Assembly (NCBI GenBank): GCA_029821635.1 | Contig: JALGSW010000011.1 | Span: forward strand, 5,661-69,660 | Length of the DNA: 64,000 nt | Source of the DNA: Candidatus Zipacnadia bacterium | GTDB taxonomy: Bacteria; Armatimonadota; Zipacnadia; Zipacnadales; UBA5352 | Direction of reading: 5' to 3' | In this document: positions 12,286-22,001 of the stretch, piece after piece | Position numbering within the stretch: the stretch's first letter is position 1 | Layout of the letters: each line of letters opens with the position of its first letter | Translations under genes and position numbers: made by a program | The notes under the pieces: model-generated | Databases searched by the model: none | What the model saw: only the letters and a program-made list of their open reading frames with translations | What the model was told of the DNA's origin: nothing

Positions 12286-14127
12286 ATGACGATGAGCCGA
12301 GCCGCCCGCGACCGTTCGCTGTTCGCGACGATAGCCGTGCTGGCGCTGACGGTTGTGCTGGCCGCGGCCCCCGTGGCCAACGCGGCTTTGTGCGCCGGGG
12401 TCGTCTATCTGGACGAGAACGCCAACGGACAGCGCGATGAGGGCGAGGTGGGCATGGAGGGCTGTACGGTCAGCGCGGATTGCCCGGCGGCGCCGCAGCC
12501 CGTCTTCGCAGTCTCGGGTGCAGATGGCGGCTACGAGTTGCAGCTTCCCGATGCCCCGGCGGTCATCTTCGTCGTCAACCCGTCAGAGACGTGGCCGACG
12601 GGCGACTGGTGGCACTACACCGCCGACGGTTCGGAGGGCGCCGACTTCGGCCTGCGCGCCGATGAGCAGCGCACGCCCTTCAACGTGGTGCATGGCACCG
12701 ACATGCACATCACCCCCGCGACCGTGGACCGCTACGGCCTCTACCAGAAACACGTCGCGGAGCTGCCCATCGACGTCTCGCTCGTGATCCACACCGGCGA
12801 CCTGGTCCTGGACACCAACCGCTCCAGCTCCGAGCAAGCCCGCGCGCTGTTCGAGCTCTACATCGAGTCCACGATGACCGGCGAGCCGCTCGGCGCGCCG
12901 GTACGCAACGTGATGGGCAACCACGAGGTCGTCGGACTGCGGCTGGAGGGCGTCCCGCTTGATGCCCCGGAGCAGGGCAAAGACCTCTACCGCCGCATGC
13001 TCGGGCCGACCACCTACGCCTTCGTCTACGCCGGCTATCACATCATTGCGCTGGACGCGACGCGTATCGTCGATCGCAACTACAAGAGCGGACTGACAGA
13101 CGCCTCAGCCGACTGGGCAGTGGCCTACCTGCAGCGCCTCGAGGAGGGAGCGCACATCGTGCTCGCCCTGCATGAGGGCTTCTGGGGCGAAGGGCCCGAG
13201 CAGCGGCTGCTGGCGGCCCTGGCCGACAAACGCCTGGCGATCTCCATCTACGGCCACGCCCATGCCCGCCGCAACTACCCGTGGGGCGGTGCTCCCTACG
13301 TCATCGGCGGCGCGGTCTCCTACGCCTGGCTCGGGCTGGTGCCATTCCCGCCGCAGCCCTACGGCTACCACCTGATGCGCTTTGGCGCAGACGGGCTTGA
13401 GGATCGCATCTACCTCGACTGGGCTGAGGAACGCTCCTTCGACATTGTCTCGCCGCCACAGCCTGGAACCTACGGGGTATACGCGGGCGGCTTCCCGGGA
13501 TACGTCAGTGGCGAGATCGAGGTTCAGGGCGTTATCAGTGACCTCGATGATACCGTCGAAGAGATCACTGTCGCCGTGGAGGACGTCCGGGCCACCGCAT
13601 CCATCACAGAGCGCACGCCGCTGAAGAAGCGGTTCACGGCGCCACTCGATCTGAGCGGACTGAGCGACGGCATTCGTGAGATCATCTTCACCGCACAGCA
13701 CGGCGGCGAGGAGTGTGTAGAGGCTCAGCCGATCATGGTGATCAACGGGACGCCCGAAGCCTTCGAGGCGACGCAGCCGGCGACGTTGACATTCCGGATC
13801 GTGGGCGGGCCGGGGGGCGGTCTGCAGGTGCTCTTCAACGACGTCTCGCTGGCGGAGTTCTCCCCGGAGGACATGACGCAGCGGCAGGCTGAGCTTGAGG
13901 TGCCCGCCGACATCCTCAAGCGCCTGAACGTCATCACCTTCAAGGCGATGGGCGCCGCCGACGGCCTCGCGGTCACTCAGGTCTGGATGACCCACGAGGA
14001 CCGCCGGTGGCGGGACGCGCGCTACTCACCGGCGGTCACGCAGATACTGCGCCCCGTCGAAGAAGACGGCCCCGCGCAATTCGTCGCGTACATCGACCTG
14101 CAGTACGACGGCACGTTCTCGCAGTAG
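12286..14127 (+). CDS. Secreted calcineurin-like metallophosphoesterase with an N-terminal SdrD-B-like domain
   Basis: GVVYLDENANGQRDEGE; TDMH, HTGD, GNHE and GHAH motifs. Confidence 0.85.
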   Translation: MTMSRAARDRSLFATIAVLALTVVLAAAPVANAALCAGVVYLDENANGQRDEGEVGMEGCTVSADCPAAPQPVFAVSGADGGYELQLPDAPAVIFVVNPSETWPTGDWWHYTADGSEGADFGLRADEQRTPFNVVHGTDMHITPATVDRYGLYQKHVAELPIDVSLVIHTGDLVLDTNRSSSEQARALFELYIESTMTGEPLGAPVRNVMGNHEVVGLRLEGVPLDAPEQGKDLYRRMLGPTTYAFVYAGYHIIALDATRIVDRNYKSGLTDASADWAVAYLQRLEEGAHIVLALHEGFWGEGPEQRLLAALADKRLAISIYGHAHARRNYPWGGAPYVIGGAVSYAWLGLVPFPPQPYGYHLMRFGADGLEDRIYLDWAEERSFDIVSPPQPGTYGVYAGGFPGYVSGEIEVQGVISDLDDTVEEITVAVEDVRATASITERTPLKKRFTAPLDLSGLSDGIREIIFTAQHGGEECVEAQPIMVINGTPEAFEATQPATLTFRIVGGPGGGLQVLFNDVSLAEFSPEDMTQRQAELEVPADILKRLNVITFKAMGAADGLAVTQVWMTHEDRRWRDARYSPAVTQILRPVEEDGPAQFVAYIDLQYDGTFSQ

Positions 14128-14157
14128 TGAGCGCAGCCGCCGAAAGGAAGAGATGCC

Positions 14158-15402
14158 ATGCCGATCGACATGGACGCCGCCTTTCCGCGCTACACCGACA
14201 ACGACCCGGCCGCTCCCATCTGGTGCATCACGCCCGAGGTCGACGGCTGCTTCCACCGCTTCTTCGACACCTCGCCGATCAGCCCGTCCGGCCGCTGGGT
14301 GGCACTGACCAGGCTCCCTGCTGAGGACCGCATGCCCGTGCCGGGCGAGCCCGCCGAGGTCGTGCTGATCGACCTCGAGACCGGCGGGTGGCAGGTCGCC
14401 GCGCAGACCCACGGCTGGGACACGCAGCTTGGCGCGCAGGTGCAGTGGGGCGCGAGCGACGACGAGCTGTTCTTCATCGACATGGACGTCGAGCACTGGA
14501 TGCCCTTCGGCGTACGCATGAACCCCGCGACGGGCGAGCGCAGGGACCTCGACGGCCCGCTCTACATGGTCTCCCCGGACGGCAAGACCGCCGCCGGCCC
14601 GTGCCTGCGACGCACCCGCACCACCCAGAAGGGCTACGGCGTGGTCGTCCCGCCTGAAGCCATTGCGGTGAACAGCGGCGCGGTGGATGACGACGGCCTC
14701 TACATGACCGACACGCAGACCGGCGAGTCGCACCTGCTGGTGAGCTTCGCGCGCATCTTCGACGAGCTGCTCGACGCGGACGAGTACGGGGACGGCGACC
14801 TCTACGGCTTCCATGTCAAGTGGAACCTGCAGGGCACACGGCTGCAGTTCGTGGCGCGCTTCATCCCGAGGGGGCGGACGGACTGGGCATCGCGCCGGAA
14901 CATGGTCGTGACTATGCGGCCGGATGGGAGTGAGCTGCGCCTCGCGATGCCCGGCGCTGTCTGGGCCCGCGGCGGCCACCACCCGAACTGGACGCCCGAC
15001 GGCGAGCACGTGATGATGAACCTGAAGCTCGACGGCGAGAACATGCGGCTCGTGCAGGTGCGCTACGATGGCACTGACCTGCGCACGATGCACGATGACC
15101 TCGTCGGCAGCGGTCACCCCGCGCTGCACCCGAACGAGCGCTCGGTCATCACCGACGAGTACGCGCATGGCGCGCTCGCGAACGAGGATGGCACCACGCC
15201 TCTGCGGCTACTGGACATCGTGGACGGGACGGAGACGCGCGTGGCGCTGATCCGCACGCAGCCCGACTACGAGGGCGACGAGAAGGTCCTGCGTGTCGAT
15301 CCGCACCCGGCATGGAGCCCGGACTGGCGCTACGTGGCCTTCAACGCCTGCCCGAGCGGCAGGCGCGACGTGTTCGTGGCGGACCTGGGCGGACTGGTGT
15401 AG
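14158..15402 (+). CDS. TolB-like / oligogalacturonate-lyase-like beta-propeller protein
   Basis: Repeated SPSG/SPDG/TPDG blades, GGHHPNW, RVDPHPAWSPD. Confidence 0.65.
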   Translation: MPIDMDAAFPRYTDNDPAAPIWCITPEVDGCFHRFFDTSPISPSGRWVALTRLPAEDRMPVPGEPAEVVLIDLETGGWQVAAQTHGWDTQLGAQVQWGASDDELFFIDMDVEHWMPFGVRMNPATGERRDLDGPLYMVSPDGKTAAGPCLRRTRTTQKGYGVVVPPEAIAVNSGAVDDDGLYMTDTQTGESHLLVSFARIFDELLDADEYGDGDLYGFHVKWNLQGTRLQFVARFIPRGRTDWASRRNMVVTMRPDGSELRLAMPGAVWARGGHHPNWTPDGEHVMMNLKLDGENMRLVQVRYDGTDLRTMHDDLVGSGHPALHPNERSVITDEYAHGALANEDGTTPLRLLDIVDGTETRVALIRTQPDYEGDEKVLRVDPHPAWSPDWRYVAFNACPSGRRDVFVADLGGLV

Positions 15403-15483
15403 AAGCCCTTAGCCGTTGACGTCGTGGCCCCGGCGCCTCGCCGGGGAGCCAGAGCAGGAGCGCTTATTGACGAGGTGATTGCA

Positions 15484-16887
15484 GTGCTGAAGATCGCGCT
15501 GATGGCGGTAATGGCGGTAATGTTCTTCACGTCGGTGAGCCGGGCGCAACTGGACGTGAGCGCGCTCGCGAATGCGTACCGGGAGTACGACCTCGGCCGC
15601 AACGAAGGCCTCGGCTCCTCGGACAACCCCAACTCCGGCGCACTGGGCTGGGGTGAGGGCGCGATTGTCGAGGACTACATGGCGCTGTGGGAGGTCACGG
15701 GCGACACCTACTGGCTCGGGAAGACGCGCGATCACTTCGCGCGGATCATGGCCAACGCCACCGATCCCGATGGCGACGGCTTCCTGAGCTGGCAGACCAC
15801 GGGCTACTCCACCGCGGTCGCGTGGACCGAGCGGCTGCACAACGTCTCCGACGCGGCTATCGAGCCGCCCTACCAGCAGAACAAGCGCAAGGGCGAGTTC
15901 GACAAGTGCACCGGACACACATACCTCATCGAGTTCCACGCAAGCTCAGAGGCCTTCCGCATCACGGACTTCACCACGCGCGAAGTCATTGCCGATGACG
16001 TGCCCTACGAGAGCGGCGCTGCGGTCGCGCTGATCGAGCCCTTCAAGGTCACGATCAGCGGGGAGACGCATCAGGGCGACCGCTTCCGTGTGCGAACCGT
16101 CGCCCCGGAGCCGGTTGAGTACACGGTGCATCAGGGCATGTTCGTCTACCCGGTGGCGCTGTTTATCGCAGCGGTGAAGGGCGATCCGGCGCTGCAGGGG
16201 GAGTTCGGCGAGGACGCCGAGCGCTTCCTCGCGTTCATCAACACGAACCTGCTGGAGAAGAACGAGCGCGACTGGCTGGACATGGGCGAAGCGGGAGGCG
16301 CGTGGCGCTTCGAGCCGAAGATCACCGATCGCTACCCGAACCGCATCATGCCACACAACCAGTACCTGGCGCTGGCGCGGGCGTGGCTGGTGCTCAAGGA
16401 CATCGAGGGCGCCCATCCGCTCATGGCGCAGCGCGGGGAGCAGATGGCGCGGCAGTTCCGCACGTACCTGGAGCTCGATGAGGCGAACGACGCATGGTGC
16501 TGGCACTACTGGGACTGGATCGAGTACGGGCAGCCGGATCACTCGAACTGGGAGGACACGGGCCACGGGCACATCGACGTGAGCTTCGCGATCGAGGCCG
16601 CGCGACGCGGCGTGGTCTTCACCGACGAGGACCTGCAGCGGATGGCGAACACCTGGCTGGAAGTCATGTGGAACGGGGACGAGGCGAAGCCGCTGTTCGC
16701 CGGCCGCGTGGCCGAAGACGAGAAGTTCGCGAAGTCGGCTCTCACGCGCGACTGGTGCCTGCTTGCGCAGTGGGACCGGCGAGCGTATGAGCTGGCGCTG
16801 ACTGCCTACACCGCAGCCGGCCAGCCTGCCGCCAGCGCGCCGACGATGCTCCTGTGCGCCAGGCGGGCGGGGGCGGCTGGCGGATGA
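15484..16887 (+). CDS. Secreted (alpha/alpha)-barrel carbohydrate-active protein, family uncertain
   Basis: Signal peptide, ALGWGEG...LWEVTGDTYWL, EDTGHG; GAGGTG Shine-Dalgarno before GTG. Confidence 0.5.
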   Translation: MLKIALMAVMAVMFFTSVSRAQLDVSALANAYREYDLGRNEGLGSSDNPNSGALGWGEGAIVEDYMALWEVTGDTYWLGKTRDHFARIMANATDPDGDGFLSWQTTGYSTAVAWTERLHNVSDAAIEPPYQQNKRKGEFDKCTGHTYLIEFHASSEAFRITDFTTREVIADDVPYESGAAVALIEPFKVTISGETHQGDRFRVRTVAPEPVEYTVHQGMFVYPVALFIAAVKGDPALQGEFGEDAERFLAFINTNLLEKNERDWLDMGEAGGAWRFEPKITDRYPNRIMPHNQYLALARAWLVLKDIEGAHPLMAQRGEQMARQFRTYLELDEANDAWCWHYWDWIEYGQPDHSNWEDTGHGHIDVSFAIEAARRGVVFTDEDLQRMANTWLEVMWNGDEAKPLFAGRVAEDEKFAKSALTRDWCLLAQWDRRAYELALTAYTAAGQPAASAPTMLLCARRAGAAGG

Positions 16888-17089
16888 TGCCAGACTCCGC
16901 GCCGCAGAACGGGTCCCTACCCATAGACACCTTCAGTTCGACCATAAGGATTGCAGACATTCCGCCGAGATAGTCTGCGACCGCGCGAAGTATCCGCGTT
17001 CCTGGCGTGCTTATAATGCAGGAACTTATGTGGTATACTGCGAATGGGAGGCAGACAGGATGCCCGGCAAAGATGGGGAGGCCGCCAAC

Positions 17090-17347
17090 ATGAGCGAGAA
17101 GCCGCTTCTCCGCGAACTGAAGTACTTCATCCAGCACCAAGACGAACTCATGGAGCAACATCGCGGCAAAGTCGTCGTGATCCAGGAAGACCGCGTCATC
17201 GGGATATACAACTCAGAACTCGAAGCGCTTCGCGACACGTCGCGCCACCACCCGTGCGGGACATTCATGGTCCAGAGGTGTGAACCTGGGCCGGAATGCT
17301 ACACGGCCACGTTCTACGGTTCGCGCGCCGTATTTCAGGAGGCATGA
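17090..17347 (+). CDS. DUF5678-like small protein
   Basis: YFIQHQDELMEQHRGKVVVIQEDRVIGIY...EAL...GTFMVQ; GGGGAGG Shine-Dalgarno; lower GC; alternative start at 17060. Confidence 0.7.
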   Translation: MSEKPLLRELKYFIQHQDELMEQHRGKVVVIQEDRVIGIYNSELEALRDTSRHHPCGTFMVQRCEPGPECYTATFYGSRAVFQEA

Positions 17348-17354
17348 GCGGGGG

Positions 17355-17900
17355 ATGGAGCTTCTTCCAAGCGGCAAGGTGGCTGCATGCACAGCCAAGC
17401 ACGAAGGTCGCGTGGCCGTGCTGCGCACGAATGTCAATATAGCACCGCCATTTGACTACGAAACTGAAACACCTCCCGAAGTACCGGGTGACTATTGCGT
17501 CGCCATCTGGGACACGGGCGCGACCAACACTGTCATAGCAGCCACGGTCGCAGAAAGGCTCAGTCTCCCCCAGATCGGGCTGATCAAGTGTCAGACCGTC
17601 AATGGAGAGCGCGATAGCGCCGTGTATCTCGTCAGTCTGTTCTTACCGAACAGGCTGTGTCTGCCTGCGGTAAGGGTCTGCGAGGGTGACATCTTCGGTG
17701 CCGATGTGCTTATCGGGATGGACGTCATCGGGAGCGGCGACTTCGCCGTGACGCACTATGAAGGCAATACCGTCATGTCATTCCGTATACCATCCAAGAA
17801 GTGCATCGACTTCGTCGTAGAGGAGTACGCGGGGACGCCCCGGAATGATCCCTGCCCCTGTGGGAGCGGGAAGAAGTACAAGCAGTGCTGCCTGCAGTAG
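17355..17900 (+). CDS. Retroviral-like aspartic protease with C-terminal SEC-C Zn motif
   Basis: AIWDTGATNTVI active site, DVLIGMD, RNDPCPCGSGKKYKQCC. Confidence 0.88.
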   Translation: MELLPSGKVAACTAKHEGRVAVLRTNVNIAPPFDYETETPPEVPGDYCVAIWDTGATNTVIAATVAERLSLPQIGLIKCQTVNGERDSAVYLVSLFLPNRLCLPAVRVCEGDIFGADVLIGMDVIGSGDFAVTHYEGNTVMSFRIPSKKCIDFVVEEYAGTPRNDPCPCGSGKKYKQCCLQ

Positions 17901-17969
17901 ACCGTGTCGAGTGACACGCGGCGCGAACGGTTCTCGCCCCTCCGCACGACGACGGCGTCGCGTCCGCCC

Positions 17970-19100
17970 TCACGTCCCCGCGCCAAGCACCTCCGCGAGC
18001 CACGGCACGGCCACGGTCGGCTTGAAGCTGTGCGCCGGTACGTCCACGTTCGCCCAGTCCGCGAGATAGTCGGCCATCGACAGCCCCTCGGGGATCGGCT
18101 CGCCATCGTGCGGACGGGCCGCCGGGTCGGCATACTTCGGGTAGTAGGCCACGCCGAAGCGATCCTCGACGCCCTGCGCACGAAAGGCCTCACGCACGCG
18201 CTCGATGTGCACCGTGCGCCCGCCCTCGGTGATGAGCAGCGGCCGGGGCGCGATGGACGCCATCAGGTCCGGGTAGTCGAACCATGTGAGCAAGTCCGGG
18301 ATGTACTGCCAGATCGCGACCCACTCGAGGTTGATCGCGATCGAGCGCTCGCGGAAATCACAGGTGAAGTCGTTCCAGACGACCGCCGCGATCTCCGGCT
18401 CGAGAACCGCCAGCAGCAGCGCAGGCTTGGCGCCGAGGGAGTGGCCGCTGGTGGCGATGCGCGTGCTATCGATGAACGGCCGGCTGCGCGCCCACTGCAG
18501 AACCTGCAGCTTCTCGAAGACCGACACTCCCTCGTAGCTGCGCCCCAGCCACAGGAGTTGCATGGCGACCTCCGCGCGGTTGGCCCCGAACTCGGTCGCG
18601 CGTCCTCCCATGCAGGGGTTCTCGGCGGCGATTGCGACCATCCCCGCACGCGCATAGTGCAGCGCCATGCGATTGGCATCCCAGTGGCGATCGTCGGAGG
18701 CAGGTTCGGGCTCCCCCGCGAGGCCAACGTTCGTCCGTGAGGAGCCGGGGAAGCACAGAACCGCCGGCGCGGGTGTTGGGATGTCCTCGGGGATCAGCAC
18801 GAGGAACGGCACCACGCTGCGCGACTCGGGGTAGACTTCCCAGCGCTGCAGTTCGTAGCCATCACGCGGCTCTGCGGAGATCATGCGCGGCTCAGGCTGC
18901 TCCGCCACCTCCGGGAAGCGCACCAGCTCGAGGAGCTTCTCCCGCACGGCCTCGCGCCACGCGGGCATCTCCTCTACAGGCATCAGCGGATCGTAGCGCA
19001 ACGCGGGCTGGAGGTCCTTCGTCATCGCGTGGACGAAGCCGGCGGTCGATGCGAAACGACCGTCGGGGCGGCCGGATCGGTAGACACTGCGCTCGTTCAT
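17970..19100 (-). CDS. Alpha/beta hydrolase (Abhydrolase_7 / acetyl-xylan-esterase-like)
   Basis: PAPAVLCFPG, RIATSGHSLG nucleophile elbow, IAPRPLL. Confidence 0.85.
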   Translation of the reverse strand: MNERSVYRSGRPDGRFASTAGFVHAMTKDLQPALRYDPLMPVEEMPAWREAVREKLLELVRFPEVAEQPEPRMISAEPRDGYELQRWEVYPESRSVVPFLVLIPEDIPTPAPAVLCFPGSSRTNVGLAGEPEPASDDRHWDANRMALHYARAGMVAIAAENPCMGGRATEFGANRAEVAMQLLWLGRSYEGVSVFEKLQVLQWARSRPFIDSTRIATSGHSLGAKPALLLAVLEPEIAAVVWNDFTCDFRERSIAINLEWVAIWQYIPDLLTWFDYPDLMASIAPRPLLITEGGRTVHIERVREAFRAQGVEDRFGVAYYPKYADPAARPHDGEPIPEGLSMADYLADWANVDVPAHSFKPTVAVPWLAEVLGAGT

Positions 19101-19585
19101 TCAGCCAACTCCTCGAGGTCGCGGGACTCGTCGGTGAGAACTTCCGCGGGGATCTGCTTCGCGGCTTTGATGATCTCGGCAATCGCCTTCGTGCGCTTCC
19201 ACGGGATGCCGAGGGTGAATGCGGCCATGACGCGGTCGTCCACGGGCCACGCGCCGGTGGCGATCAGCAGGTTCTCGAAGCCCATTGCGTGCTTCCTGCT
19301 GGAGACCTCGCGGGCGTCGAGGTCAACGGACTTCACCCGGGTGTTGAGCAGGACCTCGATGCCGTTGTCCTCGTAGAAGCCGGGATCGTTGATGAAGACC
19401 TCGGCCTCCTGCTTCTCCCCGCGCATGAGGCCTTTGGAGAGCGGCGGGCGCTCGTAAGGCAGGTCCTCGTCCATCGAGACGGTGCAGACCTCGCCGGGCT
19501 CGACGCCCTGCTTGACCATCACCCCGGCGGCGTGGCCTGCGACCATGCCGCCGCCAAGGATGACATGCGTGAAGCGATCCCCCAT
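19097..19585 (-). pseudogene. Internally deleted FAD/NAD(P) ferredoxin-reductase-like oxidoreductase
   Basis: GGGMVAG, YERPPLSK and LLIATGA are joined directly to a C-terminal-like tail; NAD-binding domain and GD motif absent; only 162 aa. Confidence 0.7.
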
Positions 19586-19687
19586 CGAAGGGCCCTCCCT
19601 TCAGGACTACGGACGCCTTCGGGAGGAGAGATTCGCGGGGCGGCGCCGAGGGTCCTGCCGCGCGGTCGGTGCGCAGCTCCGGACCTG

Positions 19688-21838
19688 CTACATCTCGTTC
19701 GCGTCGGCACTCAGGCGCGCGATCGCATCCTGCAGCGCCCGGCGCGCGGCGGCCATCTCGTCGATCTGCTCATCCATGCGCCGGAACTCGTTCCCCCGCT
19801 CGCTGAGTGCCTCCGCCCGCGCGATGGCCTCCTCCGCCCCGGCGACCGCCGCCCGATCGTCGCACGCGGCCATCAGCGCGCGGAGGATCGCCACGTACTC
19901 GTAGTCCTCGATGCCATCGCGCAGCATCTCCAGCCGGATCGACGTGACCGGGCGGGCGCTTGCGGAGCCCTCATGCGCCCCCGGGTAGAACGCCGTCGCG
20001 CTCCAATTGTCGCGGTGGTGCTCGACCCACGGGTCCTCGCCGCGATAGGCATTGATGCCCCACGAGTAGGCGCCCGTGAAGTGCCGCCGCACCGATTCGA
20101 GGCCGTAGCTCATGCGCACGGAGAGCGGCGACTTGCCCAGTTGCAGGTCGACATTCCCCCAGCGCCAGAACTCGTCGCCCGCCGCGAGCCGCCGCGCGAT
20201 GACGCTCGGCGGGGAGTACTCGGCGAGGTAGATGTTCACGACGCCCTCGATGCGCTCGTTGACCGGGAGGGCGGCCAGGATCGGGATGCTCTCGGTCTCG
20301 CCGCGGATGAGCCCGGCGAGGTATTTCACGTGCTCGAAGACCTCCACGTTCCCCCAGTTCTCGTCCCAGATGTAGATGAACGCGCGGTCCTCCCAGCCGT
20401 TCTCGCGCACCCACGCGATGTTCTTCGCCACGTGCTCGACGTACGCGGTACGGTGCTCCTCGGTGCCGATCTCCGCGTCGCCGTAGCGCGTCGGCTCGGG
20501 CCCGTGGCCGCCGACGCCGTTGATCTTGATCGCGTTCTGCCCGAGTTCCTCGATCCGCCAGGCGCGCTGCTCGGCGTTCGAGTACCACATGTTCGCGTCA
20601 TACTGCTTGCGCTTCGCCAGCTCCTCGATCAGCGGCTGCGGGTCGTACTCGCGCGGCCCCCAGAGCTGCTGGTTCGTGCGGAAGGTCGGGCTCTGCGGCA
20701 GCGCGAAGCCCAGCACCTCGACCTCCAGCGGCACCGCCACGGACGCCTGCACCGCGCCGTCCAGCGCCAGCGTGAACTCCCCCGCGTACACGCCCGGCTC
20801 GGCGTCGCGCGGCGCCATGAGTGTCACCCACAGGTGGGCGCTGCCCGCGCCGGCCACGCTGACTTCGCGATCCCACGACAGCGCGTCCGGCCAGCCCATC
20901 TCGACCGGGAAGCCCAGCCTGGTCACGAGCGGGATGAAGCGCACGGGATGCCAGTACGCGGCGTCCGCGGGCAGCGTCTCCCCACCGGGGCCTGTCAGCG
21001 CCGCGGGTGCCAGCGTCACGGTCGTCTCCCCATCGCCCTCGACCGCCGCGATCAGCTCGAACGACTCCGCCTCCCCGGCGGCAAGGCGCAGGCGCACCGC
21101 GTCGCCGGTCGCCTCAGGCGGCGTGCTGTCCTCCAGCGCAGGGGCGTAGCCGGGCGTCTGCCAGACAGTCAGACCGCCTGACCGATGCAGCGTGAAGCGC
21201 TGCTCGCCCGAGTACTCGCGCGGCGCCCCCTCCTGCGCGGCGAGCGCGCGGGTGGGCTCGGCGTCCCCGCCGGTGGCGATGCGCAGGTCGTCGAGGAAGA
21301 CCGAGTACTCCGGGGACAGCCCTCCGGCCAGCTCCGCGCCCACCTCGCAGCGGGCGGCGATGCGAATGCCCGTCAGCGTCCCGCCCTCGGCCTCGGCTCC
21401 GAACTGGTCGAGCCGCGCCACGAGGCGGTCCCACTGCCCGACGGAGCGCCTGCCGACGGGGCCGGTGCGCGAGTAGACCGGCTTCGCCACGCCGTCGATG
21501 ACGAGCATCAGGTTCATCTGGCCGACCGGCCCTTCGCCGCGCCAGGCGGCGGAGAGCCAGACCGGCTGGTCCAGCGCGATCGGCTGGTCGAGGGTCAGCT
21601 CGCAGATGTTCCACATGCGCGTGCCGACCATCTGCAGGCAGCGCCCGCCCGCGAACGGAGCGACCGCGTCCTCCCCGACCACCGCCACGCTGGTCCGATC
21701 GGCGCGGTTCGCGGGCACCGCCCACCCGCCGGCCCGTCCGTCCTCGAAGTCGTGCTGGTAGATGACCTCCGCTCTGACCGCACCGGCGCTCAGGATTGCC
21801 GTCAGTAGAGCCGCCACCGTCAACGCACGCACACGCAC
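19688..21838 (-). CDS. Secreted GH123-like / DUF4091 glycoside hydrolase
   Basis: Signal peptide, AAGEAESFEL, PGVYAG, YIWDE, YPG...SIRLEMLRDGIEDYEY. Confidence 0.75.
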   Translation of the reverse strand: MRVRALTVAALLTAILSAGAVRAEVIYQHDFEDGRAGGWAVPANRADRTSVAVVGEDAVAPFAGGRCLQMVGTRMWNICELTLDQPIALDQPVWLSAAWRGEGPVGQMNLMLVIDGVAKPVYSRTGPVGRRSVGQWDRLVARLDQFGAEAEGGTLTGIRIAARCEVGAELAGGLSPEYSVFLDDLRIATGGDAEPTRALAAQEGAPREYSGEQRFTLHRSGGLTVWQTPGYAPALEDSTPPEATGDAVRLRLAAGEAESFELIAAVEGDGETTVTLAPAALTGPGGETLPADAAYWHPVRFIPLVTRLGFPVEMGWPDALSWDREVSVAGAGSAHLWVTLMAPRDAEPGVYAGEFTLALDGAVQASVAVPLEVEVLGFALPQSPTFRTNQQLWGPREYDPQPLIEELAKRKQYDANMWYSNAEQRAWRIEELGQNAIKINGVGGHGPEPTRYGDAEIGTEEHRTAYVEHVAKNIAWVRENGWEDRAFIYIWDENWGNVEVFEHVKYLAGLIRGETESIPILAALPVNERIEGVVNIYLAEYSPPSVIARRLAAGDEFWRWGNVDLQLGKSPLSVRMSYGLESVRRHFTGAYSWGINAYRGEDPWVEHHRDNWSATAFYPGAHEGSASARPVTSIRLEMLRDGIEDYEYVAILRALMAACDDRAAVAGAEEAIARAEALSERGNEFRRMDEQIDEMAAARRALQDAIARLSADANEM

Positions 21839-21877
21839 CGCTCCTCAGTCCTTTGACGCCCGTTCCTCGTTGTCTTC

Positions 21878-21976
21878 GCCGTACACCTTCCCAGCCGTTG
21901 CCGCCGCCGTTTCCTGTTCAGGCGCGACAGCGCCTGATCCTGTCGGGCGAAGCCCGAATCCTGTTGAACAAGCCGT
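21878..21976. repeat. Structured intergenic repeat, copy 1 (three TCCTGT boxes separated by two hairpins)
   Basis: Shares GCCGTACACC..CAGCC, TTTCCTGTT-hairpin-TCCTGT-hairpin-TCCTGTT..AAGCCGT with 34357-34458. Confidence 0.8.
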
Positions 21977-22001
21977 CGCCGTTGCCGTCGCCGTCGCCCG
22001 C

